Shown: positions 28,989 through 39,425, numbered from the stretch's first letter. The stretch is 59,012 nt of DNA from Pseudomonadota bacterium (GCA_043825735.1 JBDRRP010000054.1:1-59012), one strand, 5' to 3'. A program made the numbers and translations. The notes: a model not told the origin generated them from the sequence alone.

Positions 28989-31433
28989 CTAAAGAAATCG
29001 GAGCCTTTTGGACGCGTCACCGTTTGCGGCGGCCGTGTCCATGGTTGGCAGGTATACGTGGATGGTGGTTCCAATGCCCGGCGTGCTGATGAGATCGATG
29101 TCGCCCTTGTGGTTTTTAACGATGCCCATCACCGCAGCCAGCCCCATACCGGTACCCTCACCGGCGGGTTTGGTGGTGAAGTAGGGATCGAAAACGCGCT
29201 CGGCGATCTCTTCAGAAATACCGCTGCCGTTGTCGACCACGGTGAGCCGGGCATAGTTGCCCGGGGGCAGGCTGCCGCCGGTAGCGGTGGTGCCCTGGGG
29301 CAGGGCCACTTCATGGAGGGCGATGTAAAGACTGCCGCTGCCAGTCTTCATGGCGTCGACCGCGTTGGTGGCCAGCTCTAGCAGGATCTCACTCACCTGA
29401 TTGGCGTTGGCTTTGACCATGGTCTCCCGGGCGGAGATGTCGGTGCGTAGCGCCACCTGTGGCGAGAAGGTGAGCTGCAGCAGCTGGATGGTGTTTTCGA
29501 TTGCCGCCGCAATCCGCAGGGGCCGCATGTCGCCTGCATCCCGGCGGCTGAAGGCCAGTACGGAGGAGGCCAGCTGGCGCGCGTTGCTGCAGGCGTCAAC
29601 CATTTTTTGAAAATGGCGCGACCGGTCGCTGCCGGTGGCCCATTCGGTCATCATTCCCTCGGTTTCCCGCATCATGTGGGAAATAAACCGATCAAAGTCC
29701 TGAGCGATGCCTTTGGCCAGGGTGCCGAGTGCCTCCATTTTCTGGGCCCGGTAAAGACGATTTTCGAGTTGCTTGCGCTGGTTGATGTCGCTGAGCAGGT
29801 TGAGTACCGCCGGCTTGCCGTCCCACTGGGTGGCCACGGCGTTGAGCTGGACCCACAAGATCTTTCCCGAGCGCTGGATCAGACGGAAAGTGCGGGTGCG
29901 CGCTTCCGCATGTTCCTCAATCCCCGAGTTCAGATGCTGCGTCACATCAGCCCGGTCGTCCGGGTGCACGCAGGAGATAAACGGCAGCGCGCTGAGCGCA
30001 TTGGCGTCATAGCCGAACAGGGCTTCGGTGAGTGGGTTGACAAAGGCGAATCGGCCGTCCTGGACGATGAAGATGGCCTCATTGGCGTTGTCCACCAGCA
30101 TACGGTACTTTTTCTCGCTGGCCAGGATAACCGCCTGCTGCGTTTCCACCGTGACGAACAGCTCCGACATACGCCGGGACAGGAGCAGGGCCTGGGCCAG
30201 AATGAAGATCAGCAGCCCAAACTGCACCATGTAGAAAGTGTGGATAAACTGGCGCGAATACAGAATGTCGTTCACAGCGGTGGCGGCAAAAAAGATAAAG
30301 CCGGCAAGGAAGATGCCGGCACCGGCACTATTGTTGATCAGCGCGCGAATTAAAATGATCACCCCGTAAGCCAAGGCCAAGAGGGTGATGATTTCAAAAA
30401 GCGGCGTGGAAAAGGAATATATCCTGAGCGGCGTAAGGAGAACGAGAAGGGAAAACAGCGCCGAGAGCAGGGTGAAGCCGACGATAATGCGCCGGTCCGA
30501 CTCCCTGGGGAAAAGGGTTCCGATAAACAGAGAAAAACAACCAATGGACAGGTAGAACCCCCAGTACTCGAGCTTGCTGAGCAGCTCGAACGGGAAAGCT
30601 GGAAAGATCTGCACAATATAGCGCTCGCCCGTGCTCACGGTGCGCAGCAGCACGGCAATACATCCCAGCCCGAAGTACAGGGGCGAGAGGTCCACCCGCC
30701 GCATACCAAAAAGGCCCAGGTGGTAGAACCCCATGAGCAGAAGGCTTCCAAAGAGCACCATGTTGAAGACGATCCGGCGCTCGCGCATCGCGAGCAGCTC
30801 GGAGTACTCACCAATGGTGATGCGATCCCACAGGCCGCCCTGGCGGTGGTAGTAGTTGGAGATGTGCACCACCAGGTCGACGTCGCCGTCGGTGGCCGGC
30901 AGCGCCACGACACTGGGCTTGAACTCAGGGACGGAGTGCTCACGGGTGGCTGCCGGAATTCCGGCGGTGTAAATCGTCTTGCCATCGGCGTAGAAAGTGC
31001 ACGCCGTGGCGGCGTCGATGATGTGAAGGCCCAGCGGCGGTGTTTGAGCCGGCAGTTGTAAGCGCAGCCGGTAGGTGGCGTACCCGTTGCCGCCGATCGT
31101 CTCGCCGCCGATCCGTTGACCGTTCCAGACATAAGGCACCGCCAGCGTTGCCTCCGGCATGCCGGCCGCGATCGGTGTCTGCGGCTGGAGAAACCGGTGC
31201 CAGAAAAACGTCCACTGGCCGTCGAGCGCCACGGGCCCGTCTGAGGTGAAATTCCAGTTCCGCAGATCAATGGCGCCGTCCACCACCTTCGGCGGTGCGG
31301 CGCCGCCAGCGGTCGGTGTGGCCAGTTGCAGCAAGAGCAAGGCCATCAGCACCGCCCGGCCGAGGGCCGCGATCCGGTGTCGGCCCCGGCGCCGAGTTGT
31401 CTCGGATATGTCGTTTTTTCCAGTTTGTGCCAT
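28989..31433 (-). CDS. 7TM-DISM/PAS sensor histidine kinase-like protein with degenerate H-box
   Basis: Extracellular LDGQW.FFW...GYATYRL domain, 7 TM helices, PAS, and HATPase (DNGSGI, FDPYFTTK, GTGMGL). The H-box reads GIAQDF. Confidence 0.85.
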   Translation of the reverse strand: MAQTGKNDISETTRRRGRHRIAALGRAVLMALLLLQLATPTAGGAAPPKVVDGAIDLRNWNFTSDGPVALDGQWTFFWHRFLQPQTPIAAGMPEATLAVPYVWNGQRIGGETIGGNGYATYRLRLQLPAQTPPLGLHIIDAATACTFYADGKTIYTAGIPAATREHSVPEFKPSVVALPATDGDVDLVVHISNYYHRQGGLWDRITIGEYSELLAMRERRIVFNMVLFGSLLLMGFYHLGLFGMRRVDLSPLYFGLGCIAVLLRTVSTGERYIVQIFPAFPFELLSKLEYWGFYLSIGCFSLFIGTLFPRESDRRIIVGFTLLSALFSLLVLLTPLRIYSFSTPLFEIITLLALAYGVIILIRALINNSAGAGIFLAGFIFFAATAVNDILYSRQFIHTFYMVQFGLLIFILAQALLLSRRMSELFVTVETQQAVILASEKKYRMLVDNANEAIFIVQDGRFAFVNPLTEALFGYDANALSALPFISCVHPDDRADVTQHLNSGIEEHAEARTRTFRLIQRSGKILWVQLNAVATQWDGKPAVLNLLSDINQRKQLENRLYRAQKMEALGTLAKGIAQDFDRFISHMMRETEGMMTEWATGSDRSRHFQKMVDACSNARQLASSVLAFSRRDAGDMRPLRIAAAIENTIQLLQLTFSPQVALRTDISARETMVKANANQVSEILLELATNAVDAMKTGSGSLYIALHEVALPQGTTATGGSLPPGNYARLTVVDNGSGISEEIAERVFDPYFTTKPAGEGTGMGLAAVMGIVKNHKGDIDLISTPGIGTTIHVYLPTMDTAAANGDASKRLRFL

Positions 31434-31553
31434 AGCCTGATTTATGACTGAAACCGGCGGCGGCAGATCGGTACGGTACCGCCGGTTGAGAAGTGTTTGT
31501 ATAAGTTACTGTTTACCATAATTAAGTTTGGGAAAAAGCTCAAGGCAGGAAAC

Positions 31554-32810
31554 TCAACATTCCGTGATGAGGAATTGCCGCAGTTGGGTGGCGGCGTTGC
31601 ACAGCCCCAGCTTTTTCCGGATATTGAGGCGGTGTGTTTCCACGGTGCGGATCGAGATGCACAATTGGTCGGCAATTTCTTTGGAGAGCAGCCCCTCCCG
31701 GATCATGTTGGCCACTTCCAGCTCGATGGGGGTCAATATCCGCAGGCGATGACTGATGTGCGAGCTGTCTTTTTGTCCGGCCTCCGGCAGCGTGTTGACG
31801 GTGATGCCCACGTCACCCACTTTTTCAAGAAGGATGGCGATGCGTTTGCTGTCGCGCATCTTTTCGATATACGGGGCGAGCTGGTCCGCAATCTGCCGAT
31901 AGGGCGGCGCGGCCTCGGGTTGGCGTTGATTGAGCAGCTTTCTCACCAGAATGTTGGAGGCCGTCTCGGCTTCGACCAACTGGAACTGGAGCTCGTTGAT
32001 GGCCGCCACCCGATCACGGAGGATTTCCTCCAGCTCACAGTTGATATCGCAAAGATCTGACTGGACGCGTTCGAAAGTGGTGACGTCTCGTCCCACGAGT
32101 TGGTACTCGGTGAGCTGGGCGGCGTCGAAAATGCCCTTGAACTCCCAGTGGTAATGGCGCTCTCGCTTGCCGGGACCCGGAATTGTGCAGCTTTGAAAGA
32201 CAACTTCCTGCGTCTCCTGGATGCGGTTGCTTTCACGGCGCAGGCATTGCTCGACCATCGGAAACGACCGTGCCCACTGAGTGTCGGGGGTGCCGCCGCC
32301 GGGTTGTTGCTGCGCCCACCGGTTAAAGGCCCGGTTGCTGAAAATGATGCTGAAATCAGGCGCTAACCTGAGGATGAAGTCATCGACATTTTCGACGATG
32401 GCACGATAGCGCGCTTCGCTGATGCGCAATGCCTGGTCCAGCCGGCTGCGGGTGAGGGCGATGTCGATGGTGGCCTTCAGCTGGTTTTGACTGAAAGGCT
32501 TGATGATATAGCCGTAGGCACCGGCGGTCTTGGCCCGCGCCACCACCGCATCCGTGGCAAACGCAGTGAGATAGACCGAGGGGATGCTGAAGCGCTCCCG
32601 GATACAGGTAGCGGCTGCGGTGCCGTCCATCCGACCCGGCATCATGATGTCCATGAGCACCAGGTCAGGGCGGTGCTTGTCAGCAAGCGTGCAGGCATCT
32701 TCGCCGCTGGCGGCGACATCCACCACCGTGTACCCGAGGGTCTCCAGCTTTTCCTTTAGATCGAGCGCGATGATGGCCTCGTCTTCGGCCACTAGAATCC
32801 GATTCGCCAT
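31554..32810 (-). CDS. Response regulator REC-PAS-LuxR HTH
   Basis: ILVAEDE, DLVLMDI and YIIKPF; C-terminal LTPIE..VA...G..SKEIA..L.IS.RTVETHR.NIRKKL. Confidence 0.9.
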   Translation of the reverse strand: MANRILVAEDEAIIALDLKEKLETLGYTVVDVAASGEDACTLADKHRPDLVLMDIMMPGRMDGTAAATCIRERFSIPSVYLTAFATDAVVARAKTAGAYGYIIKPFSQNQLKATIDIALTRSRLDQALRISEARYRAIVENVDDFILRLAPDFSIIFSNRAFNRWAQQQPGGGTPDTQWARSFPMVEQCLRRESNRIQETQEVVFQSCTIPGPGKRERHYHWEFKGIFDAAQLTEYQLVGRDVTTFERVQSDLCDINCELEEILRDRVAAINELQFQLVEAETASNILVRKLLNQRQPEAAPPYRQIADQLAPYIEKMRDSKRIAILLEKVGDVGITVNTLPEAGQKDSSHISHRLRILTPIELEVANMIREGLLSKEIADQLCISIRTVETHRLNIRKKLGLCNAATQLRQFLITEC

Positions 32811-34549
32811 GGTTCCTCCTCTTCCATTTCAAAACAGAATTCGAAAACGGAACCACCGTCGAACCGGTAGCTCAACGCGCTTTTGAGTTGGTTTTTGACA
32901 AGCGCTTGGACCAGCGTCAACCCCAGGGTGTCCGGTGCGCTGGGTATGGTATCTTCGGTCAACCCCCTGCCGTTGTCCGAAACGGTGATGGACATGGTGC
33001 GTTTTGACGGCGTTCGGATAAACACCTGCAGCCACCCATTATCATGGTTGCGGAAAGCGTGCTTGAATCCGTTGGTGAGCAACTCGTTTAGGATCAGCGA
33101 GCAGGGCATGGCGTAGCGCAGGGGAAGCCATACTTCGGCGATGTTGAGACGGATATCGAGCTGCATGGCCGGGTCATAGATGAGTCTGAGGTTGCCGACC
33201 AGTTCGATGACGTGCTGGCGGATGTCGACATGGTTCAGGTCCGGTGACATATACAGGTGACTGTGGATCAGGGCCATGGTCTGGATTTTATTTTTGGCGC
33301 CGTCCAGAATCGCCATCGTTTTTTGATCTTCCGTGCGCCGGTTTGTCATGTCCAAAAGACTGACGACAATTTGAAGATTATTTTTTACCCGGTGATGGAT
33401 CTCCTTCACGAGGGCTTCCTTATGCACCAGCGATTCGGTGAGCTGGCGTTCCGTGGCGGACCGGGTATCAATCTCTTCCTGCAGACGCCGGTTGGACGAT
33501 TCAAGATCGGCCGTGCGCTGCTGCACCAGGGCCTCCAGATTTTTGGAGTACCGGTCGATGGTTTCGTTGGCCGTCGCCAGCGCCCGCCGGGCGCGTTCCA
33601 CCTCGAAATATTTTTCCTGGACCAGTTGGATCTGCTCTTCGAAGGGGGCTTGGAGGTTGAACAGTTTTGCGAAAAGGGCTGAGAACAGGCGGGTGCGGCC
33701 CTTGTAGGTGACGTCGAATTCACAGTGCGGCGCATCGTAGATTTCGCCTTCATAGAAAAGGGTGCGGCCGTCGATGGTGATATCCGTGGTGACCATGAGC
33801 GCATCAGCACGCACGGCGGTGCAGGTGTCGCCGTATTTTCTGGGCGCGCTCGCCTCGCCGTTGAGGGTCACCCAGCGTGCCACCAGGTTGCCGTCGAAGC
33901 GAAAGCCTTCGGCGGTGTAGGCGAAACGGGCAGCGGGCACGTGATAGGCAACGGTGAAAAGATGGCCCAGGGGCATGGCGCAGATATCATGGCGCACCTG
34001 GGCCGGCGGCAGGGAAACCGAATGCATGCGGGGGATCGCCTGCAGCACGCCCTGGTGCCACTGGCACTCGCCGCCCAACGAAAAGAGGCTGCGGACCTTC
34101 GGCGTCAGGATCTCGAACCGATAGCGTACCGAATGGTCTGTGATGGCCAGTATCGTGTATTTGCTATAGCAGCTCAGCCGCTGCGAGTACCACGGCACCC
34201 GCTGGTAGACGCTGCGCACCGGCAGGAGTCTGGCGATGGTACGGATGAAACCCGGGGAGGCGGTATCGAGCGCGCTGCCCACGGCGGCCCAGTCCCGATG
34301 GGTAAACCCGTCCACGGCATGATGGCAGCCGTAATAGAGCCAGAACGTCTCATAGTTGTTCAGCCAATTGGCCGGGTTGGTGCAAAAATTCCTGTCTTTT
34401 CCGACGCGCCGAAGAATCGGGTCCGTGTCGATGTGGTGGGTGCGCTCGAAGAAATTGAGGATCCTGATACTGTTGAGGCAGCTCATGCGCGGTTCTGCGC
34501 TGATGGCATCGGCTTTTCGGGCCTGTTCGATGTGGGTCAAAAATTCCAA
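32792..34549 (-). CDS. HisKA_2-type sensor histidine kinase with unrecognised soluble N-terminal domain
   Basis: EIHHRVKNNLQ, NELLTNGFKHAF, DNGRG and LGLTLV motifs. Confidence 0.88.
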   Translation of the reverse strand: MEFLTHIEQARKADAISAEPRMSCLNSIRILNFFERTHHIDTDPILRRVGKDRNFCTNPANWLNNYETFWLYYGCHHAVDGFTHRDWAAVGSALDTASPGFIRTIARLLPVRSVYQRVPWYSQRLSCYSKYTILAITDHSVRYRFEILTPKVRSLFSLGGECQWHQGVLQAIPRMHSVSLPPAQVRHDICAMPLGHLFTVAYHVPAARFAYTAEGFRFDGNLVARWVTLNGEASAPRKYGDTCTAVRADALMVTTDITIDGRTLFYEGEIYDAPHCEFDVTYKGRTRLFSALFAKLFNLQAPFEEQIQLVQEKYFEVERARRALATANETIDRYSKNLEALVQQRTADLESSNRRLQEEIDTRSATERQLTESLVHKEALVKEIHHRVKNNLQIVVSLLDMTNRRTEDQKTMAILDGAKNKIQTMALIHSHLYMSPDLNHVDIRQHVIELVGNLRLIYDPAMQLDIRLNIAEVWLPLRYAMPCSLILNELLTNGFKHAFRNHDNGWLQVFIRTPSKRTMSITVSDNGRGLTEDTIPSAPDTLGLTLVQALVKNQLKSALSYRFDGGSVFEFCFEMEEEEPWRIGF

Positions 34550-34558
34550 CGCTACCTT

Positions 34559-35611
34559 TCAAATCCGGCCTTCGGTGATTCCGTGACAGGCCACATGTGT
34601 GCCGCTTTCCAGCCGGTTGAGGGCAGGAACCTCTTCCCGGCAACGCGCGTCGGCGTGGGGACAGCGGCCGTGAAACACGCATCCTGTGGGCAGATCGATG
34701 GGTGTGGGGACCTCTCCAGTCAGACGCAAGTGGCGGCGTGCTTTTTCTCCCAGCCTGGGGATGGCGATCAGCAGGGCCTGGGTATAGGGATGCCGGGGGC
34801 TCGCAAAGAGCGTGGCGGTGTCTGCCAGCTCGCACAAGGTTCCCAGGTACATCACCGCCACCCGGGTGCTGATGTGGCGCACCACGCTGAGATCGTGGGA
34901 GATGAACAGATAGGTGAGGTTCAGACGCTGCTGCATTTGCATGAGCAGGTTGAGGATCTGTGCCTGAATCGAAACGTCCAGGGCGCTCACCGGTTCGTCG
35001 GCCACGATGAACGCCGGGTTGACCATGAGGGCTCGGGCGATGCTGATGCGCTGCCGCTGCCCTCCGGAAAATTCATGGGGATAGCGCCCGATCCAAGCCG
35101 GATCGACGCCCACCTGATGCATGACGTCGGCCACGCGCGCCCTGACTTGCGTCGGGGACATTTTTTTGTGATGGAATAGAACCGGTTCTTCCAGCGTCTG
35201 TCGGACGGTTTTTCTGGGGTTCAGGGAGGCATAGGGATCTTGGAAGATCATTTGCATTTTTGCCCGGTACGGCAGCATGTGTTTTGCTGACAGGTGATCG
35301 ATGCGATCACTGCCGTAATGGACGGTGCCGCTGTTGGGCGGGTAGAGGCCCATGACCGTGCGGGCCAGGGTCGATTTGCCGCAGCCGCTTTCTCCCACCA
35401 CACTGAATGTCTCTCCCTGTCCGATGGTGAAGCTGACATCGTTGACGGCCTTGACGGTGGTCCGGCGCAGCCGGATGCGCGTTTTCTCCCAGCGCAGCCG
35501 GTCAAGGACGCCGCCGGAGATGTCGAAATGCTTCACCAGGCGGTCAACGCGCAGCAGTGCCGACGGCTGCGGCGCGGGTGTTGATGTGGGCTGAAAAGTC
35601 ATGGTCACCAT
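34559..35611 (-). CDS. Peptide ABC transporter ATP-binding protein (DppF/OppF-like)
   Basis: GESGCGKST, FQDPYASLNPR, FSGGQRQR, DEPVSALD and HPYT motifs. Confidence 0.93.
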   Translation of the reverse strand: MVTMTFQPTSTPAPQPSALLRVDRLVKHFDISGGVLDRLRWEKTRIRLRRTTVKAVNDVSFTIGQGETFSVVGESGCGKSTLARTVMGLYPPNSGTVHYGSDRIDHLSAKHMLPYRAKMQMIFQDPYASLNPRKTVRQTLEEPVLFHHKKMSPTQVRARVADVMHQVGVDPAWIGRYPHEFSGGQRQRISIARALMVNPAFIVADEPVSALDVSIQAQILNLLMQMQQRLNLTYLFISHDLSVVRHISTRVAVMYLGTLCELADTATLFASPRHPYTQALLIAIPRLGEKARRHLRLTGEVPTPIDLPTGCVFHGRCPHADARCREEVPALNRLESGTHVACHGITEGRI

Positions 35612-35637
35612 CTGCCGTTAATAAAGCGCAATCAAGA

Positions 35638-35757
35638 TTGATAGCTCTGTAAAAACTTGAAATTACCACAGAGGACACAGAGAGCGCAGAGATAACTAAT
35701 TAATTTAATATATTCTCGGCGTTCCTCTGCGGTCTCTGTGGTTCAAAATCCATGATT
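35638..35757. repeat. Composite MITE-like element (CACAGAG subfamily) overlapping the ATPase stop codon
   Basis: TTGATAGCTCTGTAAAAA..ACCACAGAGGACACAGAGAGCGCAGAG..CCTCTGCGGTCTCTGTGGTTCAAAATCCATG. Confidence 0.85.
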
Positions 35758-36804
35758 GTCTCCGCCGGCCGATGCTGCCACCGGCCACCGGCCGCCGGGC
35801 AGGGGCTCCCCGATATCGATTCCGGCTTCGGCGGCCACCATGTGGCAGGCGGATTGTCGCCGGGGCTCGCGCGCGGTGATCAACTCGGGGCGCCGCCGGC
35901 TGCACGCAACCGCCGTGAACGGGCAGCGTGGGTGAAAGGCGCAGCCCACCGGTATTGACGTGAGGTTTGGCATCATGCCCGGAATCTGATGAAGCGGTTC
36001 TCCGGGGGCCAGACTTCCGGGCAGCGCCCGTATCAATCCCATGGTGTAGGGGTGCTGCGGCTGCCGGATGATATCATCGGTGGGGCCGGTTTCGATGATG
36101 CGGCCGGCATACATTACCGCGATGCGTTCGGTCACCTGGGAGACCACTCCCAGATCGTGAGTGATCAGAATGAGACCCATGGCCTGCGTTGTGCACAGCT
36201 CCTGGAGCAGGTCCATGATTTCCGCCTGAATGGTGACATCCAGCGCCGTGGTAGGCTCGTCGGCAATGATGAGCAGCGGGTCGCTGAGCAGCGCGATGGC
36301 AATGACGATCCGCTGCCGCATGCCTCCGGAAAACTCGTGAGGATACTGTGCAAGGCGTTTTTCAGGAGAGGAGATGTAGACTTTGCGCAGTTTCTCCAGC
36401 GCCAGCGCCTCGGCCTCTCTTTTGGAAATCCGGCGATGGGCCTGGAGGGTCTCCACCATCTGGGTGCCGATGGTGAGCACCGGGTTTAAGGTCATCATCG
36501 GGTCCTGGAAAATCATGCTGATCCGGTGTCCCCGGATATCCCGAATGGCCTCTTCGGAAAGCCCGGCCAGGTCCCTTCCCTGGAAGCGGATGCAGCCGCC
36601 GGTGATGGCGCCCGGCTTGCTGATGAGGTTGATGATGGCAAAACCGGTCACGGATTTGCCCGCGCCGCTTTCACCCACCAGCCCGAGGCGCTCGCCTTTG
36701 TCGAGGGTGAAACTCACGCCGTCGATGGCCGTGAGGTCCCCGCTGCGAAGGCCGAACGTAACGGTTAAGTTTTCAACTTCAAGAAGGTGAGGCGTAAGTG
36801 ACAT
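35743..36804 (-). CDS. Peptide ABC transporter ATP-binding protein (DppD/OppD-like)
   Basis: GESGAGKS, FQDPMMTLNP, SGGMRQR and DEPTTALD motifs. Confidence 0.93.
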   Translation of the reverse strand: MSLTPHLLEVENLTVTFGLRSGDLTAIDGVSFTLDKGERLGLVGESGAGKSVTGFAIINLISKPGAITGGCIRFQGRDLAGLSEEAIRDIRGHRISMIFQDPMMTLNPVLTIGTQMVETLQAHRRISKREAEALALEKLRKVYISSPEKRLAQYPHEFSGGMRQRIVIAIALLSDPLLIIADEPTTALDVTIQAEIMDLLQELCTTQAMGLILITHDLGVVSQVTERIAVMYAGRIIETGPTDDIIRQPQHPYTMGLIRALPGSLAPGEPLHQIPGMMPNLTSIPVGCAFHPRCPFTAVACSRRRPELITAREPRRQSACHMVAAEAGIDIGEPLPGGRWPVAASAGGDNHGF

Positions 36805-36839
36805 TGCCGGTGCCGTTTTCCCCGATGATGTTATTGATC

Positions 36840-37176
36840 ACCACGAAGTACACGAAGATTTTATAACGTCCCTGTTCTCAGGGGCTTTTTCGTGCACTTC
36901 GTGTTTTACATCCAGTACTACGGATAAATTCAACTTGAGTTTTCTGGACGAGTGTGTACCCAAATTCGGAACCGCTGCAATCAAGACCTGGTCACGCGCA
37001 GAGGCGCAGGGACGCAGAGGAAACCCAGCTTGAAAACCGTTAAAACCACATTCGGTGGCAAGAGATAACCTTTTACCGCCGTGGCAATACTGTTTCTTCC
37101 CGTTTTAGATTCAGTAGTTCTCCGCGTCTTTGCGTCTCTGCGCGAGTAATTGCTTTTCTTCGTGACCTTCGTGGTT
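36840..37176. repeat. Nested palindromic elements (CACGAAG outer, CGCAGAG inner)
   Basis: Arm 36840-36857; inverse arm split between 36888-36903 and 37158-37176; inner inverted arms 36993-37019 and 37120-37146. Confidence 0.8.
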
Positions 37177-37211
37177 CACATACAGTTGCTCATCAGCGGG
37201 TTTTGAATTCA

Positions 37212-38132
37212 TCATCCTTTATATAATTTCGGGTTGAGCACGTCTCTGAGCCAGTCTCCCAAAAGGTTGATGACCAGTACCAGGAGCACCAGCAGCACGC
37301 CCGGAAACAGGGTGATCCACCAGGATCCGCTGAAGATGTATTCGAACCCGCTGCGGATCAGAGAGCCCAGAGATGGCGTGGTCACCGGCATTCCCAGCCC
37401 CAGAAAACTCAAGGCCGCCTCGCTCATGACGGCGTTGGCGACCTGGATGGTGCTGATGACCAATACCGATGTCAGCGTGTTGGGAAGGATGTGCCGGAAC
37501 ATGATGATGGGCCGGCTGAGACCAATGATCCGGGCCGCTTCGACGTATTCCTTGTTTTTTTCCCCCATGACCGCTGCCCGGATCGTGCGGGCGTAGACGG
37601 GCCATTCGGCCAGGCCGATGATGACGATCAGCAGCGGTACGGCCATCTGGGCGTAGCGCCCGATGCCGAAGGCCACCTGGAAGATGGCCGAGATGAAGAT
37701 CGCCACCATGAGATAGGGAAAGCTCAGCTGGATGTCGGCCAGGCGCATCAGGGCGGCATCGGTTTTGCCCCCGATGTATCCGGCCGAAAGACCGACGAGA
37801 ATGCCGATGAAGGCCTGGAGAAACACGGCGCCGCAGCCGATCATGAGACTGAGGCGCAGCCCGTAGAGCATGGTGCTGAGCATATCCCTGCCCTGGATGT
37901 CGGTGCCCAGAGGAAAGGCCGTTTGCCCTTCGGGCGCCCATGCCGGCGGCATCTCCGAGTTCATGATGTCGATGCTCTCGGCATCGTAGGGATCGGTGGG
38001 CGAGATCACCGGCGCCAGAATACCGGCGGCCACCAGCATTACCAGAACGGCGAAACTGGTGATGGCCACGGTGTCACGGGTGAAACTGTAGAAAAAATAG
38101 GACGCCCGAAATCGCTGCCAGCGGCTGTTCAT
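37212..38132 (-). CDS. Peptide ABC transporter permease (DppC/OppC-like)
   Basis: PLGTD..GRD, EYVEAAR..G, RHILPN and EAALSFLGLG motifs. Confidence 0.93.
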   Translation of the reverse strand: MNSRWQRFRASYFFYSFTRDTVAITSFAVLVMLVAAGILAPVISPTDPYDAESIDIMNSEMPPAWAPEGQTAFPLGTDIQGRDMLSTMLYGLRLSLMIGCGAVFLQAFIGILVGLSAGYIGGKTDAALMRLADIQLSFPYLMVAIFISAIFQVAFGIGRYAQMAVPLLIVIIGLAEWPVYARTIRAAVMGEKNKEYVEAARIIGLSRPIIMFRHILPNTLTSVLVISTIQVANAVMSEAALSFLGLGMPVTTPSLGSLIRSGFEYIFSGSWWITLFPGVLLVLLVLVINLLGDWLRDVLNPKLYKG

Positions 38133-39106
38133 GACGATCTTCCCGTGATGCGCACGGTGGGGTTGATCAGTCCGTAGATGATGTCCACCACGGTGTTGAC
38201 CACCACAAAAATGACGCCCACGCAGACCAGATAAGCCACCAGCAGGGATGTGTCGGAGCGCTCCACCGCTTCAAGGAACATGAACCCCATGCCCTGCCAT
38301 TGAAATACGGTTTCGGTGAGGATGGTAAAGGCGAACATGATGCCGATCTGGACGCCGAACACCGTCACTACCGGCAGCAGTGTGTTTTTAAATGCGTGCA
38401 CCAGCCACACCCGACGCCGGCGCAGCCCCTTGGCCCAGGCGAACTTGATGTACTCGGTTTCGAGCACCTCCATCATTTCGCTGCGGATGAGGCGGATAAA
38501 CAGTGGCAGCATGATGGATGCCAGGGAGACGCTGGGAAGGATGAGGTGTTTCAGACCGTCAACGGTGAGAAATCCGGTGGGCCAGCCGAAAACCATCACG
38601 GTTTCTCCCCGGCCGTAGGAGGGCAGCCAACCGAGCTCCACAGAGAAGATGTAGATGAACATGATGGCCGTGAGAAACACCGGGATGGATACGCCCAGCG
38701 TGCTGATGCCCATGGTGAACCGGGAAAACCACCGCTGCGGGTAGATGGCGGTGGTGATGCCTACGGGCATGCTCACGAGCACCAGAATGAGCGCTGCGCC
38801 GATGACCAGCTCGATGGTGGCCGGCGCCTTGGAGAGGATCACCGCCATGGCCGGTTTCTTGTGGTAAAACGACAGGCCCACGTCCCCCCGGGCGGCGTTC
38901 ATGACGAAGCGGGCATACTGAAGGACAAACGGGTCGTTGAGCCCCAGGCGGTCCCGGATCACTTCCCGCTCGGCAGGGGTCACCCGCTCGCCCACGATGT
39001 CGCGCACCGGGTCGCCGATCTTGTTTTTGATGGCGAACCCCACAAAGCTGATGACGAGCATCACCAGGACTGCCTGCAGGATTCGCCGGACGATGAAAGC
39101 AAACAT
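38129..39106 (-). CDS. Peptide ABC transporter permease (DppB/OppB-like)
   Basis: GDP, LGLN.P...QY, EYIKFAWAKGL and TETVFQW.GMG motifs. Confidence 0.93.
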   Translation of the reverse strand: MFAFIVRRILQAVLVMLVISFVGFAIKNKIGDPVRDIVGERVTPAEREVIRDRLGLNDPFVLQYARFVMNAARGDVGLSFYHKKPAMAVILSKAPATIELVIGAALILVLVSMPVGITTAIYPQRWFSRFTMGISTLGVSIPVFLTAIMFIYIFSVELGWLPSYGRGETVMVFGWPTGFLTVDGLKHLILPSVSLASIMLPLFIRLIRSEMMEVLETEYIKFAWAKGLRRRRVWLVHAFKNTLLPVVTVFGVQIGIMFAFTILTETVFQWQGMGFMFLEAVERSDTSLLVAYLVCVGVIFVVVNTVVDIIYGLINPTVRITGRSS

Positions 39107-39163
39107 CTATGGATCATCTCCCAACCGTATCACCAAGGAAAGTCATTTTTTATCAGCCGTGGG

Positions 39164-39376
39164 CGTCGCAGGCATCCTCTTTTTCGGCCTCGTCACCAAA
39201 AGGCGTTTTAAGTACGGCTGCCGGCGCAGGGAAAAAGGATTTGACCGTCAGCAGTCGACACGCACCGCCGTTCATGCCGCCATTTCGTTGCGCCGGGTCC
39301 GAACACGCTGCGGCGGCCGGGTGCTTTGCGCGATCGTTTGAAGACGGCGGGGCCGAAAAAGAGGATGCCTGCGACG
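39164..39376. repeat. REP-doublet-like long inverted repeat
   Basis: Perfect 26-bp inverted repeat CGTCGCAGGCATCCTCTTTTTCGGCC (39164-39189 / 39351-39376), extendable by 5 bp with G.T pairs. Confidence 0.8.
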
Positions 39377-39425
39377 TCTTTCCATCACAAGCGACAGCCC
39401 TTACTCGGAATCTCAAATACAAGGG

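Noticed and set aside
33725..35179. 484-aa plus-strand ORF (likewise 13552-14868, 39963-41237 and 47763-48848)
   Set aside because: Antisense shadows of recognisable genes.
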